Of a stretch of 64,000 nucleotides of DNA, positions 45,194 through 55,100 are shown one piece after another. The notes beneath the pieces were generated by a model. The model worked only from the letters and a program-made list of their open reading frames with translations. It searched no databases and was not told the DNA's origin. Source of the stretch: Giardia intestinalis. Its lineage: Eukaryota. How positions within the stretch are numbered: position 1 is the first letter of the stretch; each line of letters opens with the position of its first letter. The position numbers and the translations under genes are program-made. The stretch lies in NCBI GenBank assembly GCA_000002435.2, contig CM018792.1; one strand, written 5' to 3'.

Positions 45194-48100
45194 TTACAAC
45201 AGCGGGGCGCTCACGCTTTCATTGAGGTTGTCGTAGCTCAGCATCGAGTTGCTGTGTCTGCTACTTATACCAAGGTTGTGCTTGGGCTTCCTGCCCTTAA
45301 TAATTCCCTTTTTAAGAAAAACGACAATAATGACGATAACAGCAATGACTACAATGACCACGAAAACAGACACACCAACAGCGACCCCGCTAGTCTTGTT
45401 CGCGGGAGGTGCGTTGGGCTCACACGTGTTGCCACTGCTAAGAGTATACCCACTATCGCACATAGTGCATATACGCAACGTGACTAGGTCACAACGCAGA
45501 CAATTGCTAACGTTGCACACGGTCGAGACGCATATTCCATCTTCGTCTGGGATTGCGTTAGCTGCAGCGCACTCTGTGCATGTGTTCGGCCCAAAGCACT
45601 CTCTACACATGGAGTTGCACCGACTACAGCGAGATCCGCTCAGATAGTATCCCGTGTTGCACCTCCCACAGACTCCGGCGCTGATACAAGAGCGGCAGTT
45701 CTCCACATCGCATGCAGTGGTCGAGATGCACGTATTGACGCTGAGCTCGTAACCACTTTGACAAGATGTGCACTTGTCGGCACTGTTGACGCAGGTCTTG
45801 CAGGGTACATTGCACGGGGGGCACGCTCCTGCATTAAGGTAGTATCCATCGTTGCAGCTGAAGCAGAAGTTGTCGGATGAGCATTGACCACAGTTACTTA
45901 TGGAGCAGGAAACGCACTGCTCTCCAGGTGACAGAACATAACCACTCTTGCACGCAGTGCAGCGCTCAGCACTGACACATGCAGCACATCGTTCGGGGCA
46001 CGCAGCACAATTCGAACCATAGAAGCCATCCCTGCAAGAAGCGCAACTATTCACGTTTCCGGCAACGCAAGTCAGACAATTATCAACCCTGCACGAGCCT
46101 CTCAAGATACAGCTTCCATCCACTAGATCGTAGTCGCTGAGACATGTCCCGCACGCAGGCGGACTTGGACACAGAAGACATCCTGATATTTCTGCGCATT
46201 GCGGGGTACAGGTGCTTGTGGCATCGTCGCGGACCCATCCTTCACTGCAGGCTATGCAATCTCTCTCAGTGCCGCCTGTGCATGTCTGGCACGCCCTATT
46301 GCATTGCAAGCATTTCCTTTCCGAGGAATAGAAGCCGTCCTTGCAGACACACACGTTGTTCTCAGGATCAGGCTTGTAGTTGTCATCACCACACGTTGCA
46401 CACACTGTGGAGTCCGTGCACTGCTTGCACCCTTCGCTGCACCTTTCACATTGTCCAGTGCTTGCCTTGAATGCCCTTATACTGCAAGTTTCACACGTAG
46501 CGCCGTCATTACTGCATGTCTGACAATAACGGAAGTCGCACGAAGGAGCTATGCAGACGCCTGCTCCATTGCTCACCTGGCCATCCTCACAGATTTCGCA
46601 AAAGTCGGTGGAACGGCATGTCTGACAACCGGTCGAACACGCCAAGCACTCGCTTCCGCTAGGATAGTACTTCAGATTACACTGAGAACAGGTACAGTCG
46701 CTAGAGTACACCATGCAATTCTCTATATCTGCACAGCTGTTCTTATTATTATCGGTTGTCGGTCCAGATGAAGACAGGACCCAGAAGGAGGTGTAATCCC
46801 AGCAGTCCTGCGTGCACGTAGGGTAAATGTACTTGTCCTGGTCGTCGATGAGAACCTTGACCGGCAGACTGTTCAGAAAAGGAAACTCTCCGGGGGACTT
46901 GGTCCACTTGCTTTCGCTAATGCCAATACCAAATCCAGTATAGGTAGATAGCTTACGCAATTCTTCCGCCGTCTTCAAATTGGGGTCGGGATCAACAGCA
47001 ATGGAGGAAGGAGCGACTGGGGTGAGCAGATCCCCGTTTGCGAAGCATGTGAGACAGATAAGCTTGTCTTCTGGCTCTCCCTTCAGCCCAATGCCAGGAA
47101 TGTCTCCAGCGGTCACGTTAATGATGACGAACTCCGCAGATGTGGAGCTGTCACTTGTCTTAGCCCCATTGAAGAGGCCTATGTGATACAGGCTTGATGC
47201 CATAGAGGGAGGATTAGCTCCACGGCACGTGAGACTGCCATTGATCATCGCTAGGGATAGCGCCACTCCGTTATACATTTTCCCTGCAAACATCCCCACG
47301 CCGTTGGAAGGCGCCTTGCTGGTATCTTTCGGGACCACAAACGTGCACTCAACATTTGCATTGATCCACACGTTGGATATTGTCTTCGAGGTGACCGCCT
47401 TGGAAGAAGACTTCTTGCGGATTTGACCACCGAAAGCGCCAAAGTAGACAGAAACGGCGGTGGACATCGAAAGGTTGGCTATGTCACCGAAGCAGCGCTG
47501 TATCTCCATAGGCCCTGCGCTTACGTGGTCCACAAAGCCGGCAAAACCACCGAAAGTCCACTGCGAAGTACCAGACATCCCAGACACTGCCTCCAGAAGA
47601 GTGGCTCTGACAAACGAATCTCTTATTACGGAGTTCTCAACTCTTCCAACAAATCCGCCAACAGATGAGCCTGCAGGAGTATTACGAGACGAGAAGTTGC
47701 CGAGCTCTGCGTATGTATTGAGGATCTGTGAATTGGCAACCAGACCGCAGAACCCACCAACTATCCACTTCTTCTGGCCTTCAGCCGTGACAGAAGCGTT
47801 CGCCTTCACAAATGACCTTTCTATAACACTGTCATTAACATACTGTGCAAAGCCAGATACACCTTGGAGTCCGTCAATCTTCGTTACGATTGCACTACAA
47901 TCCCGCACAGTGGCGTGGATAAGATTGCCAGCAAAGCCGGCCATCTCTATGCCAGAGAGCTCATTGCTCGTTACAGTGCACCTCTCAATGACGGTTTTGG
48001 CTGCAGCTGTGCCACTCACCATGTAGAAAGCTCCCCCGGAATGCACGACTAGGGCAGGATTCAAGCTCCCCTGCTCCCTGGCGATGCATCCTGAAAACTG

Positions 48101-51100
48101 ACAATCGGAGGCAGAAGCACCCTCGCTAAGAACAGCCGCGATTCCTCCAGCAGATACTCTAGCAGATTGCACTGCGATATCAGCCGCTGGCACCAGTGAG
48201 ATCGTAGCCGCAGAAAGAATATTGGAGATAGGCGCGCGCACAACGTAAGCAAACCCTCCTGCAATGCAAACAGTCCCATCAGTTGCCTGACACCTCAGGG
48301 TTGCCGTTGAGGTACCACCGGTTAGGGGAGCAGAGACGGTGTGACAGTACCCGCCCATGGTGCAGTTTGCGCCACTGCAGGTCATCGCCACGCTATTTGA
48401 CACCGCAGTCGGAGCAGAGGGGCACGTGTGGAAGACACCGCCAACCTCGGCAGCGACGCTCGCCGGAACTTGCAGAGATAAACTACCCGAGATGGCCACA
48501 TTCTCCAAAACAGCTGACGCATCGGCCGAGATGGACAGCAAGCCAAACTTGCATACGCTGTCCTGCCCTATGGCGCTTGCATCCGGGGAGCTGGCGAAAA
48601 CTAGCCTTATGTTGCGCACTTGGCCAGTTAGATGCTTAAAGAAGGACGCACTGTACTCAGAGCCCAAGCTGGAGACCCGCAGGTTTATTCCACTAATTGC
48701 ATGATTATTTCCATCAAGGGTGCCAGAGAAGTCAACCCCTTCCCATTCGTAGCTACGGGCATCAATATCGCTTGTCAGCCTGAAGCCGTGACTCGGACAC
48801 GCTCTAATGGCCAAAAGGCTCCCGGGCGTGGCTAGTTCAATCAACGTTCCGTCTGGAGGGCATGTGTAAACGCTACAATATCCCGACGCTTCTATCTGGT
48901 CCTCTGTGGCAGGGCTGGACCAGCCATCCAAGCATTGGCAGACACCATTGACCACGTTTCCATTTTTGCAGAGGCCTTCCCTACACGTCCCTCGGAAGAG
49001 AACGGCTCCTTGACTGCAAACGCATTGTCCGCCCTCGCACGTGCCAAGACCGCCACACTTCCTATTGGAGTTGTCGTTTGCACAAGAATATGCTCCGCAG
49101 AGTACGCCGTTGTGAGATCCATATCCCGGTCTGCATTTGGCACGGTTCTGGCCAACACAGACACCTTCGGCCAGGCTTAGACAGCCCTCAACGCAAGCGT
49201 GCGATTTAAGGTTGTAGTACTGAGAGCTCAGAGGGCAGCGACAGACCTTGAGCTCGGAATCACACTCTGCCTGTGCACCACAACTTATGGTGTCACAGCT
49301 GTATTCGGTGCAAAGAAGGTCCCCGGCTGTAGCGCCTGCAACGGAAGTAACGTGCTCAATGCAAACCGCCTGCCCGCTTCCGGAACAGACCCCGTACTGG
49401 ACACCGCCCGAGCACCCCGACTTGCATCCCGGATTTGCTAGCGACGGGTCGTAATACTGCCGCTTGTCCTCGCAAACACAGAGCTTCGAGGTAAAGTCAC
49501 AGGTTGCAATGGAAGGGCCACCGCAGATGGTCGAGTCTCCCTCTGGTAGGGTTGAGCAATCGTACTTAGCACAAAGAGAGTTTCCATCTGCAACCCAACC
49601 AGGGTAACACGTGGCAGTATTCTGCCCAATGCAAATACCACCAACCAAGCCTGTGCAGCCATCCACGCACATCTTGTTAGTATGATCGTAGTACTTAGTG
49701 ACATCACTGCAAACACAGGTGTCAAACTCAACGTTGCAGGTAGCACCAGAAGACCCGTCACTGAGTCGGCACTCTTCGGTTGCAGTGACACAAGAATAAA
49801 GAGTGCAGTTCTTGGCATCATCGAGCTTGAAGCCCGGATCACATCTAGCCTCATCTGGTCCAATACACTGACCGTTGATGAGGTTTGGACACCCCACAAC
49901 GCACTGGCAGGAAAATAGATCTACATACTGAGTTCTGTCACAATGCAAATTTGCAGAATTGCAGGAGGACGGCGGGGTTGTTCGCTTCAGCCGCATGCCC
50001 TGGCCAATCTCCCACACGTCCACAGCCCATTTGCTCCGGTCGTCAAGGGTGTAGGCCCCATCCCGGTAGTGAGGAGTACGCTTCAGATGAGGATAATGCG
50101 AGCCGTCAATATTCCAAGTGCCCAGATCAATCCCGGGATATGACGCCGACTGCTTCATCGTACTATCGGTTAGGCCAATGTACTTATCTGCCACGGTCGC
50201 GACACAGGCCGCATTAGAGTTGAAGTAATTATGGCTTATGCCGGCGTCGCTCTTCTGGCTGCTGAATGCTTTGGTAATTTCCGCGCAAGTCACGTTTGCA
50301 ATGATGTATGATGACACCGCATTTGCGGCGGTATAGGTGTAGAAGAGGGCAACCTTGCTGGAACTGGATCCGAGAGTGCAGCTATCCAAGGATGCAAAGC
50401 AGTCTTGCATCTTCCCGCCCGTCGTGGTCACAAACCTACCGACAACTAGAGACACCAATCCTTTGAAATCAGTAAGTACGAGAGCACCAAGACGAGACTC
50501 CACCTCTAAGATGCTGATTCCTTTAGCCTGGACGTTAACAACATTAGCAATAGGGGCGAAGGACGACTTGCTTGTACCCCCGGACAGTCCGACAGTTTGA
50601 GCCTTGAGATGGCAATTTTCTAGAGTGAGGCCTGTGTTTGTGTTTGCAGTCCCCACAGATAGAGTTGCATTGATTTGAGAAGATCCTGACATGGCGAACT
50701 TGGTAAGGTTGACGTAGCTTGACCTAACTGTGACCTTTCCGCTGGCAGAGTACCCCAGAAGCCCTGCAGACGTCGAAAAGCTGCCTGTCGCAGTGAGCGT
50801 TTGAGTGCCTCCATTCACATACGAATCGCTGATAGTCACTGTGTCCTTAGAAGTTGCCGACGAAAAGCTTCCAATGAGACCGCCCAAATAGGCCACAGAG
50901 CTGGATGTCAGAGAGAGACTAGTGAACTCTGCATAGCATTCGCAGAGGGTAAAGTCAGCAGCGGTTATATTTCCAACAAGTGCGCCAAGAGCAGATGCCT
51001 GGCTGGTGGAAACAGAGGTAGCAGACAGAGAGCCTTTGTACATGGCAGAGTTTGTCAGAGAAACGCCCCCGGCAGTCCCAAACACACCGCCGATGACAGA

Positions 51101-51703
51101 TGCCTCGGCAGCCGTGGCTGAAATGCTTCCTCCGAAGAAGCACTTTGCGCAGCCAACAGAGGAGGTGCCAACAACCCCACCAATTGAATGAGACCCTCCA
51201 GTACACGCGATCGAGACCGTTGAGGTGATGTTGCGTAGAGTAGTGGTCTCGGTAGCAGACCCTATCACGCCCCCAACGGTAATAGTTGCATCTCCCGTAC
51301 CGCTCAGGGTCATCGTTCCCTCGACAAAGACGGATTCGACTGTAGCGGACCCAGTAGTGACACCAATCAGTGCACCAACCGGATTCGTCAGAGGGCTGGA
51401 CATAGTGGCGGCGTAGTTCAGCCTCAAGTTGCGCACAGATCCAGAGAACTGGTCTCCGAAGACGCCAGATGATCCAGTTTGCCCACTAATAGTGAGCTTA
51501 TAGTTGGCACCATCCAAGGTTCCGGTGAAACCAGAGATAGGCTCATAGGATGGATCCAGGGTGATGTCCGCGCCAAGTATGTAACTGCCAGCAAGATTGT
51601 CACGTATGGCGCTGAACTCCGCCGCCGTTGTGATAGTGGACGCTGCTGAAGCGCGCAGCTCCAAGCTAGCGAGGGCAAGGGACAAAACAAGCCCCGTCAG
51701 CAT
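45194..51703 (-). CDS. High-cysteine membrane protein (HCMP-like surface protein; not a canonical VSP) with two beta-helix-like adhesin modules
   Basis: The signal peptide is MLTGLVLSLALASLELRA. Two G/S/T-rich Cys-poor modules (aa about 19-575 and about 960-1640) each begin with an ...DI(T/D)L...F(T/S)GTLDG(A/N)N... motif. Each is followed by a CxxC/EGF-like Cys-rich block (aa 580-950 and 1656-2090). A single TM helix VAVGVSVFVVIVVIAVIVIIVVF precedes a 40-aa tail. The tail does not end in CRGKA. Confidence 0.85.
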   Translation of the reverse strand: MLTGLVLSLALASLELRASAASTITTAAEFSAIRDNLAGSYILGADITLDPSYEPISGFTGTLDGANYKLTISGQTGSSGVFGDQFSGSVRNLRLNYAATMSSPLTNPVGALIGVTTGSATVESVFVEGTMTLSGTGDATITVGGVIGSATETTTLRNITSTVSIACTGGSHSIGGVVGTSSVGCAKCFFGGSISATAAEASVIGGVFGTAGGVSLTNSAMYKGSLSATSVSTSQASALGALVGNITAADFTLCECYAEFTSLSLTSSSVAYLGGLIGSFSSATSKDTVTISDSYVNGGTQTLTATGSFSTSAGLLGYSASGKVTVRSSYVNLTKFAMSGSSQINATLSVGTANTNTGLTLENCHLKAQTVGLSGGTSKSSFAPIANVVNVQAKGISILEVESRLGALVLTDFKGLVSLVVGRFVTTTGGKMQDCFASLDSCTLGSSSSKVALFYTYTAANAVSSYIIANVTCAEITKAFSSQKSDAGISHNYFNSNAACVATVADKYIGLTDSTMKQSASYPGIDLGTWNIDGSHYPHLKRTPHYRDGAYTLDDRSKWAVDVWEIGQGMRLKRTTPPSSCNSANLHCDRTQYVDLFSCQCVVGCPNLINGQCIGPDEARCDPGFKLDDAKNCTLYSCVTATEECRLSDGSSGATCNVEFDTCVCSDVTKYYDHTNKMCVDGCTGLVGGICIGQNTATCYPGWVADGNSLCAKYDCSTLPEGDSTICGGPSIATCDFTSKLCVCEDKRQYYDPSLANPGCKSGCSGGVQYGVCSGSGQAVCIEHVTSVAGATAGDLLCTEYSCDTISCGAQAECDSELKVCRCPLSSQYYNLKSHACVEGCLSLAEGVCVGQNRAKCRPGYGSHNGVLCGAYSCANDNSNRKCGGLGTCEGGQCVCSQGAVLFRGTCREGLCKNGNVVNGVCQCLDGWSSPATEDQIEASGYCSVYTCPPDGTLIELATPGSLLAIRACPSHGFRLTSDIDARSYEWEGVDFSGTLDGNNHAISGINLRVSSLGSEYSASFFKHLTGQVRNIRLVFASSPDASAIGQDSVCKFGLLSISADASAVLENVAISGSLSLQVPASVAAEVGGVFHTCPSAPTAVSNSVAMTCSGANCTMGGYCHTVSAPLTGGTSTATLRCQATDGTVCIAGGFAYVVRAPISNILSAATISLVPAADIAVQSARVSAGGIAAVLSEGASASDCQFSGCIAREQGSLNPALVVHSGGAFYMVSGTAAAKTVIERCTVTSNELSGIEMAGFAGNLIHATVRDCSAIVTKIDGLQGVSGFAQYVNDSVIERSFVKANASVTAEGQKKWIVGGFCGLVANSQILNTYAELGNFSSRNTPAGSSVGGFVGRVENSVIRDSFVRATLLEAVSGMSGTSQWTFGGFAGFVDHVSAGPMEIQRCFGDIANLSMSTAVSVYFGAFGGQIRKKSSSKAVTSKTISNVWINANVECTFVVPKDTSKAPSNGVGMFAGKMYNGVALSLAMINGSLTCRGANPPSMASSLYHIGLFNGAKTSDSSTSAEFVIINVTAGDIPGIGLKGEPEDKLICLTCFANGDLLTPVAPSSIAVDPDPNLKTAEELRKLSTYTGFGIGISESKWTKSPGEFPFLNSLPVKVLIDDQDKYIYPTCTQDCWDYTSFWVLSSSGPTTDNNKNSCADIENCMVYSSDCTCSQCNLKYYPSGSECLACSTGCQTCRSTDFCEICEDGQVSNGAGVCIAPSCDFRYCQTCSNDGATCETCSIRAFKASTGQCERCSEGCKQCTDSTVCATCGDDNYKPDPENNVCVCKDGFYSSERKCLQCNRACQTCTGGTERDCIACSEGWVRDDATSTCTPQCAEISGCLLCPSPPACGTCLSDYDLVDGSCILRGSCRVDNCLTCVAGNVNSCASCRDGFYGSNCAACPERCAACVSAERCTACKSGYVLSPGEQCVSCSISNCGQCSSDNFCFSCNDGYYLNAGACPPCNVPCKTCVNSADKCTSCQSGYELSVNTCISTTACDVENCRSCISAGVCGRCNTGYYLSGSRCSRCNSMCRECFGPNTCTECAAANAIPDEDGICVSTVCNVSNCLRCDLVTLRICTMCDSGYTLSSGNTCEPNAPPANKTSGVAVGVSVFVVIVVIAVIVIIVVFLKKGIIKGRKPKHNLGISSRHSNSMLSYDNLNESVSAPLL
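45434..46738 (-). repeat. Dense CxxC/CxC cysteine-repeat coding region (C-terminal Cys-rich block of the HCMP)
   Basis: About 100 Cys fall within 435 aa, in patterns such as CTCSQC, CLAC, CQTC, CEIC and CxxCxxGY. These are typical of Giardia VSP/HCMP ectodomains. Confidence 0.7.
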
Positions 51704-52120
51704 TTTATTTTAACGAGAATCACACTCTAATTCCAAACATTTTTAAGTCAAAGGTTACGGAGTAAATGAATCTATCTATCCCTGCCTGGGTCATAAGTCA
51801 GACTCCCACATAAGCGGGAATTATAGCTTTTATCTTGTAGCTAGTTCCCCTAACCCAGAATTGCAATATACGACATCCTACTATCAGAGCAGAAGCATGC
51901 CGCCATTGGTAGATTTTGCAGGTCCAAAGTGAGGTGTTGTCTTGAAACAGGTGGACCCGCCCAGAGACTATCTTCCTAGTGCCAAAAAGCACTACCTAGA
52001 CCCCCGTACCTGGAAGGACCGTTCTCGCCACTGTTGCTCTTTCCGCACTTACTCACGTCTGCATTTAATTGGAGAGGCAAAATCAAATTCTTTTTTGCTA
52101 CATGTTACAGCCTTTTTTTA

Positions 52121-55100
52121 ATGACCCAGCTGCCGGGAAATGTCTGCCTGGGGCCGATAGATTTGGACCGCGAGTCGATCCTGAATGTTGCGGAGTTCGT
52201 CCGCATGCTCTCGTCTGTGGGAACAGGCGAAGAGCTCTCCATGCTTCTTGACGTTTTCGGCTCGCTGGTGATGATGCAAACCACGTTCACAGTGGCAGAG
52301 CGTGCCACCATGGTATCTCTCTTCGTCGATCTTCTTTCCAGCGGGATCGGGGTCTACCCAGTCTCCCTGGTTGTAGAGCTTCTAAAGGCCATTTCAACGC
52401 TGTGCTCAGCAGAGCCTCCCCTTCCGATCTCCGTTCCATGGAGGGTCACCTTTGATTGCGTGGACACCTACGCTTTTTCTACGCGTGCGGTTGGCGACAT
52501 CGGGAGCCTTTCCAAGGAGTTTTTCAACAATGCTGCACAAGATCTTATGTGCATAGGCGCCTACTACGACCCAGAAGACTATGAGCAGATATATGCACTT
52601 GTGCATGGGTATCTAAAAGACACCTCCACACCCACCAACTTGTTCAAGTACCTCGCCCTGACCAGATGCTGGCTGCCTGTTCTTCCATCTGCTCACCTTC
52701 GTGCTAAGTATGTGAAGGCACACTGCCAGCAGAAATCAGAGACGGATTTTCGTTCTAGTATTGTGGAGAAGGCTCAGTTTCTGCTGCCAGGGACATTTGT
52801 AGACTCATCGGTAGCTGATTTACTCTCTGTAGATCTCTCCTTCCATAGATCTACAGAGCAGCTTCACACCAGCTGTCTCCGGGACCTTGAGGACCTCCTC
52901 CACTTGTCACTGGGCAAGGAAGTTGGCTACTCCATACTTTACTCAATATACCGCTTGCTCGTGGACTGTCCCTATCTGGACATCAGTGAAAGTTCATCCT
53001 CCATTCTACTCAGCTTCCAGACCACCCCAGTCGAGACCTCCTCACAGTTCAGTAAGTCGTGCTCTTACTTCACATCTGAAGGAAGGAAGGGCGTTCTGTC
53101 CTCTCTCTCCTTACCAGACTGGTTTGAGTTCTGGCCAGCAGGTATGAGCGAGGCTGTTCTTACTATCAGCCAGGCATCCGTCTGGCGCCCGTCCCTTCTG
53201 TGGTGTCTGGTTCAGGCAGGGGCGTGCCGTAGTCGTTATCTTTATCTCCAGGGCATGCTGCCAAATACCACCCCCTCACCACCCAACGAACTCACAAAAG
53301 AGTATGTGGACCTTTCCCCGGCAATCTCTATGCTCCGCTACATCGTAAATGCGTGCTTTGTTGGTGACTTGCCTAAATGCTCTGTCATCAAGGACGTCAG
53401 TATGCTCCTCACCGACCTTTCCTCCGCGCGGGTTCTTCCAGATGAAAAGCATCAGCAGGACCTCCAGGCTCGCATCGTACACTTTGTTAAGGGGCCCCTT
53501 GCGCACGTACTCTATCTCCCCGTTACTTCTGCAAGTCTGAAGGCCATTACACCCCTGGGATCCTCGTTGGCCAAGACCCTGCTCCTGCAGCTCTACATTG
53601 ACGGTGCTTCCCCGGATACTGTGGATCTATTTCAAGACGCACTTATCAAAGCAGTTAACCTCTTTTCTGCTGACACTTGGCCCATGATTACGCAAATGGC
53701 TTATGAACTGGCACACATCGACGCGACGAAGAAGCACCATAAGTATGGACTATCATCCCTATTATTTATTGTTTCAGATCAGCTTCTGGATCGTTGGTTT
53801 ATCTCCTCTGATACGACAGGCCTTACACTTCCAGAAGCCTTAGCTATGTGTCTGCCTTATTTGACCCTTCAGCACGTCGTGCAGTCGAAGGCCTGTTTGC
53901 TCTTCTTGGAATCTGTTTCCCTCAGCTTACCGGTTCTTACTGCAAAGGACCTATGTCAGAAAGTAGGTTGCTACACCAGCTCCAAGTACGACACACTAAA
54001 GGATCTTCTGTTCGCAGTCCTGGACTCTTTATTGGCCTTTCTTTTAGATGCTTCCGTAGAAACCCTTGCAAGCTGCGATGCAGATCCTCTGTCGGCTGTT
54101 CGCTCTCCACAAACGGAGAGAGTCAAATCGCCCACTAACCATGGTGAGTATGGCGTAGCTTTTTCCTCTAAAAACACCACGCGCATTTTCTCTCCTTCCT
54201 TCGGGACAGTGACCGGGACAAATAAGTTTGCGCCCCACCTTGCTACGGCGGAGAAGGTTATCGTCAGTATACTTGCCGCTTTAGATACTAGCACGACTTG
54301 TGAGATCTTTAGCAAGCAACTGCTTCCATTTTTGTTTGACAAGGTCATTCCAAGACGCGTAGCTTCTTTCCGCTCCTTTTTATCTGCGTGCATAGCAGGC
54401 CTGGAGAGTAGATGTAATCACTCTGCAGATGAAGCGAAAATGGTGCACCTTGTCTTGGATACGCTATACGATGGCTTGGATGAACACATCCGTGCTTGGC
54501 TAGAGAAATCTGATACCACCAAGTCGCCCACTGTCGCTTTGATATGCTTGCAAGCAGTCATTTCAGTAGATCACTTGTTGCTTTCTCCAGCTGGTGAGAC
54601 TCGTCTGAATACGCTTGGATCACGCATACTTGAATACTTCTGTGCAGAAGAGTACCGGAGCTATTGTGAGGCCAGCGAGAAGATTGCTTTATTGCAGAAG
54701 AACAAGACGGCAGATCCATTTCCATCGTGTCCAGACCAGGACGATGAGTTGGAACCAGCTAAAAAGAAGTTCACATACATTGTCTGCTTGGCCCATGCGC
54801 TCTCCACCCCATGCGTGACTGCATTCCCTTCTTCGTGGACCCCCTGCCTCGACGGTGATATTCGCGAGGTCGCATGGAGCGTTCCCACAGATGCTTCCAT
54901 AGAACTTTATCAAAGTATTATCAGCGTCGTTTCTGAAGCACTCAGTATTTGCACCAATATCACAACTAGTACAGATATCTCTTACGCGCTACTCTCGCTC
55001 CTGACTCCTCACGTACAAGGTAACAGAATATCTGCCCCAGCCAATGTACCGATAGACTCGTATAAGTTCCAAACACTTTTGGATTGCCTGGATATTAGAC

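Noticed and set aside
45194-51703. Calling the Cys-rich surface protein a variant-specific surface protein (VSP).
   Set aside because: The cytoplasmic tail is about 40 aa and ends ...SAPLL, not the invariant CRGKA pentapeptide. Over half the ectodomain is Cys-poor. An HCMP-like call is more defensible.
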